Shown in pieces: positions 31,461-42,208 of a stretch of 64,000 nt of DNA. Within the stretch, counting starts at the first letter, position 1, and every line of letters begins with the position of its first letter. A program made the position numbers and the translations under genes. The DNA is taken from positions 1 through 64,000 of the forward strand of contig JAHDYR010000035.1 in NCBI GenBank assembly GCA_019828565.1, given 5' to 3'. Source of the stretch: Carpediemonas membranifera BICM. Taxonomy: Eukaryota > Protista > Fornicata. The notes below the pieces were generated by a model. The model did no database searches and was not told the DNA's origin. It saw nothing but the letters and a program-made list of their open reading frames with translations.

Positions 31461-32647
31461 TTAGCGACTGCTGGTCCCGAACCCACTGAAGAAGTCGTCA
31501 GTGACCTTGTTGGCACGCTCATCATCCAGCGACTTCGCCTGGCGACGCTGTTCTTCGGCCTGCGCGGCCAGGGCCTGGGCAAGCTCCTCCCGGCGCTGCT
31601 TCTCCGCCCGGGCAACCCGTCTGGCCTCGAGCTCAACGGCGCGGGTGGCACTCTCGAGGTACTGTTCCTCGCGGGCCTTCAGCTCGGCCTCCTCCTGGGC
31701 AATGCGGCGCTTCTCCTCAAGCTGCTCAGCAACAGTCTGCCTGATGGCGTCGTCCTGCTCGCGAGTGAGGCCCTTATAGTTGTAGGGGATGTAGCGGTTG
31801 GGGTTGGCAGCAGAGACAGTCGTGTTGTGCGTCTCATTCAGGAACTCTGACCGGGCAAGATACTCAGCCTGGCGCTCCTCCTCCTGCTTCTCGCGCTCCT
31901 TCTCGGCGCGGACCTTGGCCTCGTACTCCTCCTTCAGCCTCTTGTTCATCTCGGTCTCCTGCTCTCTGACCCGACGGGCTTCAGCGGCGGCACGGGCCTT
32001 GGCCTGCTCAGCTACAGTCAGCCCGGCCATCACAGCCTCCTCCTGGGCAAGCTCCTCCTCCTTGCGCTGCCGCTCTGCCTCTTCTCGCTCTCTCGCTTGC
32101 TGAAGGAGCCAGGCCCTGAGCTGCTTCTGCTGCTTATTCCGGCGCTCCTGAGCAGTGAGATCCTCACCCTCCATGACCTGACCCGAGGAGACACCGAGGC
32201 GAGTATCCTCATCGCCCTCACGGAGTACGCCCTGCTTGTGCTGGTACTTGGGATCGTTGAGGTCAAACTCAAGGCGCTGGTTGTATGTCTGGTGCTTCAG
32301 ACGGAATTCGTTGAGCTCCGCGTTCTGCTTGCGCTTCTGGTCCATGGTAGCGGCCTCCATCGCCATGATACGGGCCTCTACAGCCTCCAAGTACTGGGCA
32401 TACGAAAGCTCTTCCTCCTTTTCACGGCGCTCGCGCTCGCGCTTCTCCTCGATCTGTTTTTGGAGGGTATCGGCGTCAACGCCAAGCTGGCGCTGTCTGG
32501 GGTCAAGAATACGCTGTCTGCGCTCGGCTTCAAGCTGACGGCGCTTCTCAATGTTCTTACGCTCTCTTTCCTACGTGAGATACCAATAAACGTTCCAGGA
32601 ACTGAAACGAGGGAACAAACTTCAAAATCGGGGTCTCCGAAGAGCAT
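31461..32647 (-). CDS. RIB43A-like flagellar protofilament ribbon protein; 50-nt intron at 32571-32620
   Basis: RILDPRQRQLGVD, EFDLNDP, GVSSGQVMEGEDL, YKGLT, FFSGFGTSSR. Confidence 0.88.
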
Positions 32648-32912
32648 TCTCGGTAGTTTGCAAAATTCGCCCAACGCACTTTAAGGTCAGATTTGCTTTG
32701 CGTGCGTTGGAATGGTCTACCGGGTGTCTAGTTCTGCGCAATAGCTGCTTTTCTGTGCCAACATTACCCTGCGGATCTAGCTGCACTCATTTCATTTCGT
32801 GTCTCCCGCGATGCCCAGCTCATAAACGTCAGACTGTCCCACACACTCCCAATTATCCCCTCGAGGACACCAGCGACCGTAATCACAATTAGCGCGAACA
32901 GTTTACACCAGC

Positions 32913-34781
32913 TTACGGGGTGAGGCGGCCGGGCGTCCTGGGGAACATTGACGCCATCTGGCAGTTGGGGATCCCGAGGAAGAGCATCACCAGCCTCTCC
33001 AGACCGATACCCGCACCGGCATGGGGGGCGACACCCATCTCGAAGGCGGCGATGTACTGGGTCAACCCGCCGAACATCTCCTTGACAGCCTGCTCAGTGG
33101 CGGTCTTGCGGTCGGCCATGAACTTCTCGAAGTCGGCAAGAGCCTTCTTGGCCTCCTCGGTAGCGCCCTCAGCGGCAGCAGCGGCGCGGAGGTCGGCCTC
33201 CACCCAGCCGTGCTCCCGGACGATCTCCTCAGTGGCAAAGCCTTCCTTCATGCGAGTGATCTTGTCGATGTTAGCCTTTAGCATCGAGACCTCGTGGATA
33301 CGCTCAGCGCCAGACGTGATCTCCTGGCCCCTGAGGAAGACGTCGAAAGAGTTGGTGTAACCGTCAGTCTCGGAGGGGTGGGTGTAGAAGGGCCGGGCCG
33401 ACACGGGGAACTGGTCCACAATGTAAAAGTCGAAGCCAGTCTCACGGCGGACAGCCTCGCCGACCTTCTTCTCGAGGGGGGTGTCGAAGTCGACTGTCTT
33501 GGCAATGGCAGCGGCGACGGCCTGCTCCTCGGCGGTTTCGCCAAAGAACTCGGGGAAGTGCTTGATAACAAGGTCGACTGCCTCGACAAAGGTGATGACG
33601 GGGACGTCCTTGGGCTCAGCGGGGTACTGGCAGGACTCAGCCGGGTAGGTCTGCGCGATGATGTCGACAAGACGGGCACCAGAGATGGGGTCGACGGAGG
33701 CATCCGTGGCCTTGAATATGTGGAGGAACGTGCGCTTAAGGTGCTCGAGGACCTCGTGGTAGTGCTCCTTAATCTCCATCTCGACGTCGAGGCCGACAAA
33801 CTCTGTCAGATGGCGGTTGGTCAGGGAGTTCTCAGCACGGAACACGGGGCCCACCTCGAAGACACCGCGGAAGTCAGAGGCGATGGCCATCTGCTTGTAT
33901 ACCTGTGGCGACTGGGCGAGGGCGGCCTGCTTCTTGAAGTACTCCAGCGTGAAGAGCTCGGCGCCACCCTCGGAGGCACCGGAGATCAGCTTGGGCGTGT
34001 GGATGCGGATGAAGTTCTGGGAGCGGTTGTAGGCGCAGAAGGCCTCGTCCATGGTGTCCTTGACCCTGAAGATGGCGACGTTCGTCTGGGTGCGGAGGTC
34101 AACAACGCGGTTGTTGAAGCGGGTGTCTTGAAGCACGTTCGGGTTCTTCTTAGGGTTCTTGATCTCCTCAGCCGGCACGATACGCTTCTGGGCGTCGGCA
34201 ACTGTGAAGGGGAGCATGCTGGAAACGGGGGAGATCATCTCCACGGCCTGGAGCTTGATCTCGTAGTCCTTCACCTTGAAAGGATCATCCTCCTTGGGGG
34301 TCTCGCCCTCCTTCGGCGGTTCGGGCTGGGAGAGGACGCCGGTGATGGTGACAACGGACTCCGCCTTGAGGCCGGTGCGGTCGTCGAGCATCTGGGCAAG
34401 CTCGACCTTCGCGGCGGATTGGGCCTGCTTCTCGGCCTCCTTCTCCTCCTTGGTCTTCTTGGCGATGACCTCACCCTTCTGGGGCTTGACCTTCTTGGGC
34501 TTGATGATGAGACGAAGCTCAGTCTCGCGGGCCTCATCCTCAGGAGTGGGCTTCTTGCCGGCGAAAACCTCCTGAGCGTTCATGATGCTCGCGAATACTT
34601 CATCGGACTGGCCATCCTTCTTCTCGGTGTCCAGGACGGCCTGGAATGAAAGGCCATGCTGACGGAACGTCAGGAACATGAGCGTCTTGCCCATCTTGAT
34701 CTTGGAGACGTAACGTGCCCGGATGCGTACAACATCGCCGTATTTGTGCTCTGCAAACTCACTCACGATTGCCAAAGACAT
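32913..34781 (-). CDS. Cytosolic aspartyl-tRNA synthetase
   Basis: NRVVDLRT, SEGGA, LAQSPQ.YKQM, GPVFRAENS.T.RHLTEF.GLD.E, GQEITSGA, PHAG.GIGLER, FPR.P.RL.P. Confidence 0.95.
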   Translation of the reverse strand: MSLAIVSEFAEHKYGDVVRIRARYVSKIKMGKTLMFLTFRQHGLSFQAVLDTEKKDGQSDEVFASIMNAQEVFAGKKPTPEDEARETELRLIIKPKKVKPQKGEVIAKKTKEEKEAEKQAQSAAKVELAQMLDDRTGLKAESVVTITGVLSQPEPPKEGETPKEDDPFKVKDYEIKLQAVEMISPVSSMLPFTVADAQKRIVPAEEIKNPKKNPNVLQDTRFNNRVVDLRTQTNVAIFRVKDTMDEAFCAYNRSQNFIRIHTPKLISGASEGGAELFTLEYFKKQAALAQSPQVYKQMAIASDFRGVFEVGPVFRAENSLTNRHLTEFVGLDVEMEIKEHYHEVLEHLKRTFLHIFKATDASVDPISGARLVDIIAQTYPAESCQYPAEPKDVPVITFVEAVDLVIKHFPEFFGETAEEQAVAAAIAKTVDFDTPLEKKVGEAVRRETGFDFYIVDQFPVSARPFYTHPSETDGYTNSFDVFLRGQEITSGAERIHEVSMLKANIDKITRMKEGFATEEIVREHGWVEADLRAAAAAEGATEEAKKALADFEKFMADRKTATEQAVKEMFGGLTQYIAAFEMGVAPHAGAGIGLERLVMLFLGIPNCQMASMFPRTPGRLTP

Positions 34782-35012
34782 TTTGACGCTTCGATTCTCG
34801 ACTTGGATCGACTTGCTCAAGACACTGATCGGCCAAATTTGATGGAAGCGGGAGGCAGATGGAGCCTCCCCAGCCCTCATTCGCATGGCTCGCAGCAGGA
34901 GACGCAGGTCAAGACGATCGGCACCACCACGCCATGCGTTTATCCCAAGAACGCAAAGATTATAAAAAGATTTAGTCACAACGCCAACAGCAGCTTGCCT
35001 CACACTCAGCAC

Positions 35013-35906
35013 TCAGCCATCGGTTGACTCCGATACAGCCAGCCGCCGCCTCCCCCGGGCCTTGGCTAGCTTCTCCATCCATGCCTTCTTCTCCTTCTCG
35101 TGGCGCCCCTGACGCCGCTGGTAATCCTCGAACAGACTGCTGAGCGTCCCTTCCATCTGTTTCATCAGCTCGTTCTGTCCCTCTCGCCCAAACCTCTCCT
35201 TTCTGAGCTGTTCGCTTTCGTGTAGGAGCTGAATGCGGAGCTTGTCTCTTTCAAACGTCGCAGTCTCAAGTTCCGTCTGAAGCTGGGCAATGATCTTCTC
35301 CTGCTCATCAGCCCTCGCCTCCGCGTCCCTGGCTGCCCTGGCATGCCGTCTAACGGCGTCCTCCGCCTCAACCTGCACCCGGCTCATCTCTTCGTGGGCC
35401 TTGCCTAAGGTCTCGTGCAACTGACCTAGTTGGAGTCTAACTGCGTCAGTCTGGGTGTCTTGGTCCGTCTCTACTGGTTGGGTATTCAGGGCTGTCTGAA
35501 GCTCCGTATTGACATGCTCGAGCTCTGCCTGAAGGTTGCTATTGATCTCTTGGAAGCTCTTAATGGTGTTTCTCTGGTCATCTTGCATGGCTGCGACGAG
35601 TTCCGCCCTGATTCGGTCGACATCTCCGGGCTCAAGGAGGTTTCTCTTCGCCTCCTGGAAGATTCTCGTCTGTGAAGTCAGTTCATCCTCAACTGCCTTA
35701 AATTGGACTTCAAATGACTCTATTAGATCCTGTTTCTCTTGTTCTAGAGACTGCACTTGCTTCCGTAACGCTAGAATCTCATTATTGTTCCCTTCTGCAC
35801 TGCTGCTGAGCGCTAGATACTTCTTCTTCCAAATCGCAGCTTCATTGCGAAACTGCTCCATGAGAAAGGAGGATCCATCGTCGCTAGAATCGCCGTCTGA
35901 CGACAT
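35013..35906 (-). CDS. Coiled-coil protein, possibly CEP83-like
   Basis: Long coiled coil; LEPGDVDRIRAEL resembles the CEP83 N-terminal block (judged from memory). Confidence 0.5.
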   Translation of the reverse strand: MSSDGDSSDDGSSFLMEQFRNEAAIWKKKYLALSSSAEGNNNEILALRKQVQSLEQEKQDLIESFEVQFKAVEDELTSQTRIFQEAKRNLLEPGDVDRIRAELVAAMQDDQRNTIKSFQEINSNLQAELEHVNTELQTALNTQPVETDQDTQTDAVRLQLGQLHETLGKAHEEMSRVQVEAEDAVRRHARAARDAEARADEQEKIIAQLQTELETATFERDKLRIQLLHESEQLRKERFGREGQNELMKQMEGTLSSLFEDYQRRQGRHEKEKKAWMEKLAKARGRRRLAVSESTDG

Positions 35907-36068
35907 TGACTCAAATTCCGGATTTTTGTGCCTTAAGCTGCACTTAGGTTTACATGCGAAATCAAGGCAACTGTCGCACTGTGCAGTGCCTCCGCCTTGT
36001 TCCGGTTGCCCCCAATGATGGCTGACCGGCGGTCGTTTGCCGGGTCGTGGTTGAAGAAAAGACAAGTG

Positions 36069-36592
36069 ATGCCTTCGAAAAAGAAGGCCGGGAGCGACGC
36101 ACTTGATGTTTTTGAGAGTCTTGCAGCTATATTCGCCCAAGATGAGGGGAATTTCTTCGAGAAGATGAATGCGCTGTCTGCTGTAAGACCACACCGCCAA
36201 TTTCTTACCATAGGTCGCTAATTGCCTTCAAATCCCCAGTTCCACGTTCCAGTCCATTATTACTGTTCGTTTACCTGTCTTTTATCACATAGGGATCAAG
36301 GAGCGGCACAGGCAAACGCAAGTCCAAGCGGAACATTAAGGACGAGGACTACAACCCAGGATCCTCCAAGAAGGCCGCCAAGTCCTCTTCCAAGGCCAGC
36401 TCGAGTCCTCTTCAGATCCAGGTCTTCTCTGACCCCATTTTCCAGCGGCTGGACAAGCAACTCATTGACGAGCTGATGGCACTCAAGGATCGGCCGACTA
36501 CGCTGAACGCCGACACCGCGCTGGACATGCTGGTGCGGGTACGGGAGCATAAGATGGTTCTGAACCAGAGGTATGACGAGATCGCCGACTGA
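36069..36592 (+). CDS. Hypothetical 154-aa protein, three exons (introns 36183-36213 and 36265-36292)
   Basis: Two GT..AG micro-introns (31 and 28 nt) give a continuous frame to TGA. Confidence 0.7.
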
Positions 36593-37360
36593 GTGGCGAA
36601 GCAGAAATTAAAAGAGCAGCACCGGCGGGGCATGCAGTGAGTGGCCGTGTGTTCAGCATGTATGAAGGAGGGATGGTCTGGCTGTGCTCGTTTATATCGT
36701 CCGTCTGCTGGCTGTCTGACGATGACGTGATTGTGGATGAGGAATAGGATCTATCAGTGATATTGGGGGCCGCATACACAGTGTATTTGCTGAGCCCTGG
36801 CTTGTGATTAGTTACGACCATTTTTGCCCGTCGTCGTGAAACCTTAGTTTTGTCAGTAGCTGTTCTGTTGTGCAATTGTCGTCATTTGCGCTGCCTTTCC
36901 GTGGATTTTTGCGGTAGTGTTCGTTCTTTGGGGTACGATGATACTTATGACGGGCGGACTGAAAAACACATGTCGATTCGTCATCCTCTGACCCCTTTCA
37001 TCCTCATTTCACACAGATCTCACACACAGCCAGGTGGAAAATATGTCATAGTCGATCGATCGGCACAATGGGCCCAGTGTCACGCGCTCGGTCGTGGCGT
37101 TTCGTCCGTCTCACGCTTTGTCGGTTATGCTGCCACCCTTGTCCGTGTAGCGACCGGCGCAACGTGATGGCACTGCATGATGTAAATGGTTGCTCACAGC
37201 TTAACTTGTAGTAGCAGTTTATATTGTTTTTGATCTGTATCTCCTGGTGAACATGGTCATTGCCATGACAATCCGTCATCCATCCTTCACAGCGAAATGC
37301 AAGAACAACTTGCGAATAAACGACGAGACAAACCCTACCCCATTATTCTGATTTAACAAC

Positions 37361-37784
37361 TTACTGCTGCTCGCAGTGGGTGAAGGTGATAATGCCCCAG
37401 TAGACGCCGAAGATGACGTTAAAGAGATGGATAAGGGCCCAGGTGCCGAGGGCGAGGAGCCAGATAACCTGGCCGATGAAGGGGATCCAGGCAACGATGA
37501 TGAATACCAGGAACCAGGGGATGCAGAGGAGCAGCTGGATAAGGCCGATGACCTTGCTGTTGGAGTCGTCGCCGGCGAAGGCGGCAATCATGGTGCCGAG
37601 ACCGGGGAGGGGAATGATGTTCTGTGTGAAAAGGGATGGATGTTGAAGGCGCATTCTTGCGCAGAAACGACAATTTTTGCGCAACGACAACGATGCAACA
37701 AACGAGGATGATCATGAGGATAGCGATGGGCTGCTCAACCTTAGGAGTTTCCTGAGCCTTAATAGCGTCAATGAAAGCGGGCAT
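37361..37784 (-). CDS. Spec3/Stum-like small membrane protein; 82-nt intron at 37622-37703
   Basis: Spliced sequence ILNIIPLPGLGTMIAAF...GLIQLL...GVYWG. Confidence 0.7.
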
Positions 37785-38253
37785 GTTTGAATTTGTGTTG
37801 GTCTGCGGGCTGGTATCAGTCTTCTCGACACAAGTGTGTCGAATTTTGTTTGACTCCTGAACGGGAGATTCGTGGAATAGACCCAATATGCCTGAAATAT
37901 GCAGCGAGGAAGGGTGGCGATGCGCATTGAAGCATCAAATATTCAAAAACAAATCCTTCAAACATCTAAAACACATGACGAAACCTGGGCAGTTGTGTCT
38001 GCCCATTTCGAGTCACCCTACCGTGCCAGCGAGAATACCTTCTTAGTACCCTTGGTTGAATTGTCCGCTGCGAGCAGCACTCGACCAGGGCACCCGAGGT
38101 GCTGTGACCCTAAACTGCGGAAGTTGGTTGCATAAAACTCATTCGTAACACGGCACAATATCGATATTACCGGTGAAATGAAGCAATTCACGACTAATGA
38201 TCCAGAAAGCGCAATTCAGGCGCTCGCGGATTACACCACTGCAATTATCCACG

Positions 38254-40480
38254 AGAGAAGAAGAAGAAGAAGAAAGAATTTAATGTGTCCTGCTACTCGT
38301 CCTGCTGTGTAAGCTGAATGTCACAGTTTGTGTCACCCCTTCGAGGAACGCCTAAGCGTGTTGGTGCCTCTACAGAGCACACCTAACACTTCCTAAGAGG
38401 GCGTGAACAACGGCCGTCAAGGCCTAGCTGGTACGCTAGAGGGATCCTATACATGGCCACATTAATACCCCCAAAGTTAGGCTAACCCAGGTCTTACTCT
38501 TAGGGGCCCTTTGGGTCCCAGGTCTGCCTGGCACCTACAAAGCCTTGCCCTGCACGCTGCTGTCAGGGACCTTCCGTACGTTTCCCCTCTCCCCCGGGTC
38601 CCCTAGGGAGGTCCTGGAGTTTCCTCGACCCGCTCGCCATGTTTCAGGCACCCGCCAGGGCGGGGTCGGGTCTAGAGTTCGCCGTACCAGCTGGGCCGGG
38701 TTAGGAACCCACCGACGCCGCGTAGGTAGACTTCCACGGACTTGCCGGCTGCGTTCGGGCTCATCTAGCGCTGTCCGATGACGTTGTCGGTGGGAAACAT
38801 TTTAATCTCGACACAATGGTGTCGTAATCATCAACTGATTAAATGATAAGGAGTCTACGACACCGATTTCACTCCAGGTTCCCATTATCGGGGGGAGCTC
38901 CCAGGGGCGGTTGCCACGTCTTCCAGTGTTCCTGGCTAGGCGCCGGGCCACATCAGGATGGCCCTGCCTTCCCGGCAGGTTACCGACGGAGTGGGTAGCT
39001 TCTTGCGTCATCCAGTACCTCCGCCAGTCTGCCATGCATCATCCTCCTGGTGCGCCCCCACTGTGTGGGGAGGGGGTACCCCCTTGCGCGCCGGAGGGAT
39101 GCGCCGGACTGCTTGTCCGGACGCTTGCGCCCTACTGGCCCAGCTGTTTTGCCAGGCCTTCCCTATTTCGTGCTTGTTGTATGCGATTGTCCCTTAAGGG
39201 TCCTTTGCAGCCTTCCCTCCGCCTGGCGCTACCGGAACATGTGGTGTTGTCCTCATTGGTTCCGGGCCCGCTGCGCTTGGGGTCGGTGCTCGGGCCACCT
39301 TTCCAGGCCGCCCTGTGGGTTGGGCCTGTCCCCTCTTGGTGGTGGGGGAGTTGTTTCAAGTGTGGTGCAGGCATCAGAGTGCTCCCTTGCTGCGTGGGTT
39401 GGGTTGGGTGTGCGGCCGGGCGCTACCGGAACATGTGGGGGGAAAACACCTCCCGCCGGTTCCAGGAGTGTTCCGCCCTGTGCCTTGTCTTCACCCAGGG
39501 CCTTCCTCCTAGGGGTCTGGGCCTGTTTTGAGGTTCATGAGGGCCTTTTTCCCGCATAATAGACCCTCCTTCACTGTTTCATCCTCCTGTTGCAGTAGCC
39601 AGTGGAGCTCCAATATGGCCCTGGAGTTATACCACTCCCCATCTGGGCCGTGCCGCAGCCTACTTGCCATGGTGTGTGTTGCCGCAGCTTCCCAGCACTG
39701 CTCCCACCCACTTGGGCGGCCGACGCCCTGGCACTCCGCTATGATGTGGCTTTGTGTTCCTAGCGGTTGGTCTTCCAGCCACCCGGCTACTGCCACTAGC
39801 GCCTGCGCCTGGGGGGGGGGGGGTATAGTTGGAGGTAGTTGATCAATTCGCGTTCGGCTGCGAGTGTGCATATCGGGCATATTCTTTGGATACGGTCGCA
39901 GAGCATTTCCTGCCCAGGGTACCTCCTGCTTATGATGAGCGCGGCTCCTCGAGTTGTGTGGCTGTTGCTAGCGGAGGGGAGCGTGTTGGAGGCTGTTGCA
40001 ACTACCCTCTTCAGCTCCCTCCTGAGCATCATCTCCCCTCTGATAATCTTTGGTTTCTTGGGTGCTCTCCCGCCTGCCATTGTTTGCATTGCCTCCGCAG
40101 CTAGCACTTCGGCGGCCGCCTTGGCTGTTCGGCTACCTTTGGTGACGATGTCTCGTGCTGTCATCTTCCATCCCCCGGCTATTGCTCTGGGTCTGGGTCC
40201 GTGAAGGTCGCTAGGGGCCAGATCTAGTACGTTGTCTGCCCACTTGTTCAGCTTTCCGATAACGGACTTGGGGTTCGCTCTTCCCCAGTCGAAGTCCGCT
40301 AGGGGCGATGGGCGGTCAGGGTCCCGGGCCGATTCGCGGATTCTAACCGCTCTTACACCCATGTCCGCTTCCCAGCACATCCATCCCATCATCAGGCGGG
40401 CGATACCCCCTCCACCGGGTCCGGTTCCCGCCATGAGTCCTCGCCAGTCGTTCCAAAGCCTTCTGCCTCCTGGGACTTCA
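38254..40480 (-). mobile_element. 3' fragment of a second non-LTR retrotransposon with a (TTC)n tail
   Basis: Post-RT GGGGI motif and C-terminal CPIC...HIIAEC knuckle (39509-40434, frameshift in a G-run); (GAA)n on plus strand at 38254-38278. Confidence 0.6.
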
Positions 40481-41570
40481 CGCGAGTGCGCGGAGTCGAC
40501 TCGCCGAGTCGGCGAATCAAATCAATCAGAGCGGGAGTCGGTTTCGAGTCATCCCCCGAGAACCTGTCCGTTCTAGGGCCTCCTTTTCTTTTATGTCCCA
40601 GAATCCTCAGACATCGCAGTCCTTCATGTCCGTAATATCCTCCGCGGTGCTTGGCCGCTCTTCCTCCGCGCAGGTGAGGCGGGCAATATGGACCTCGAGA
40701 AAGGGTTCTTCCAAGTGCCGCTCGCCGAGGGTGAGTGCAATCGGTTCGCCTTCCGCCTGGGTGATGACGTCTGGCGCTTCAAGGTGCTGAGCATGGGGTC
40801 TTCCACCTCTCCGGAGGCCTTCACGATGCTCACCCAGCCGGTCGTGGGTCTAGTGCGGGCCCTCGGCGTCTCCGTCGACCACCTCATCGATGACGCCGCC
40901 GCAACGGATACCCACGTGGCGATCGGCGCATTCCGTCTTGCGGGGTTCGCCGAGTCGGCCCGGAAGACCAGGCAGCCAGCCCACCAGGTCGTGTTCCGAG
41001 GGTTGGAGTGGCAGGCGGACCCGGAGCAGATGGTCAGGCTGCCGGCGGATAAGGCAGAGTGCCTGGTCCAGGCACTGGAGGATGGCTACGTCCCGGCGCT
41101 GCCCTCAGCATGCAGGAGGCTCGCACGCTGCTAGGCAAGTTGGAGTTCGCTTACTGGGCCTACCCGATGGTCCGCGTCTGGGCAGCCCCCATCAGACACT
41201 GCCTAGAAGCGACTGAAGCTGGTCACAGGACGCGTGCCAGGGTCCACCTCGACGAGTTTGCCAAGGCAGCGGCGGCTATGATCGTAGACGCGGCGAAGGC
41301 AAACGCCTGGCGGCGCCTAGCCGTCAGGCCGCTCGGCCTTGTCCTGGCCACAGATGCTTCGGATGGCCAACTCGGAGCGATCGATCTTGGGACTGGTATG
41401 ATGGCCCAGGAGGGGGCCGACCCCGACGAGATCATCGCGGCGAAGGAGGTGCAGGCAGTCTCCATGGCGCTCGACCGTCTCGACGTCCGCCCGGGCACCA
41501 GCGTAGCGCTGTACATCGACAACACCAACGCGTATCATGCGCTGAGGAAGGGGTTCACCAAGTCGTCCCC
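40480..41570 (+). mobile_element. Degenerate YR/DIRS-type RT-RNase H fragment (YR4), interrupted by the LTR of element F
   Basis: DLEKGFFQ, LSMG..SP, IDD, LATDAS, YIDN; the RH frame runs into an LTR at 41571. Left boundary approximate. Confidence 0.75.
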
Positions 41571-41655
41571 TGTAGCGATGAGAGGAGAGAGAGGATTTAT
41601 AGGGTTTGACCCGGGACACAAAATTGGATAAAACTAATCGACCCGAAGGTCTACA
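41571..41655 (-). repeat. Putative 3' LTR of element F (85 bp)
   Basis: 5-bp terminal inverted repeat and adjacent PPT; partner LTR is outside the window. Confidence 0.7.
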
Positions 41656-42208
41656 CTACCCCCATGATGTTGGTAGGCATCATCTGCGTCTGGATAGTCA
41701 GAACTTTGATCCAACCCTTAAAGTGCACGACTCTAAGTTCGAGTCATCGCTGAACGAACGTATGAAGGGATGAAGTTGGCGAAAAACTGAAAGTGGGCTC
41801 AGTTCGTTGGCCGCCCTGTGTGGTTCAATGGGTGTTGAACTTTTACTGAGGAGAAGACTCGACACAAGGGTGTCGAGGAGAAACTCCTTGACTATTAAAT
41901 ATAACGTAAATCTGTGTAACTTTGGGTAGGACCCACAACACTGCCCCTCCATGCCTGGTATAGGCATGACAGAGAGACTTGACGTTGTAGCCTTATGGCT
42001 AGGGAAAGATTGTTTTAATATAAGAAAACCCATGATGTGGTGAATATGGTCAATACTATATAAATCTATGAAATGGTAATCCTATGTAACATTGGGTAAG
42101 ACCCACTGCACTGCCCCTCCAGTGCCCGTAAGGCACGACCTCAAGCAACGCATATATATGGTCGGCAATAGCCGATGAGGATTAGTGAAGTGACAACCGC
42201 TTCGAACG

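Noticed and set aside
33294-34649. Long antisense ORFs over host genes (also 20764, 23021, 26699, 30379)
   Set aside because: Shadow frames from high GC3 codon bias with no motifs. The D/E antisense genes differ because they do not overlap pol.
38760-38800. Hammerhead ribozyme-like CCGATGA..GAAAC
   Set aside because: The core CUGAUGA is not intact and the flanking stems are not convincing.
38911-39559. Plus-strand ORFs in the second LINE's 3' region and a 20-bp direct repeat (39225, 39419)
   Set aside because: Low-complexity GC-rich translations with non-ATG starts and no motifs.
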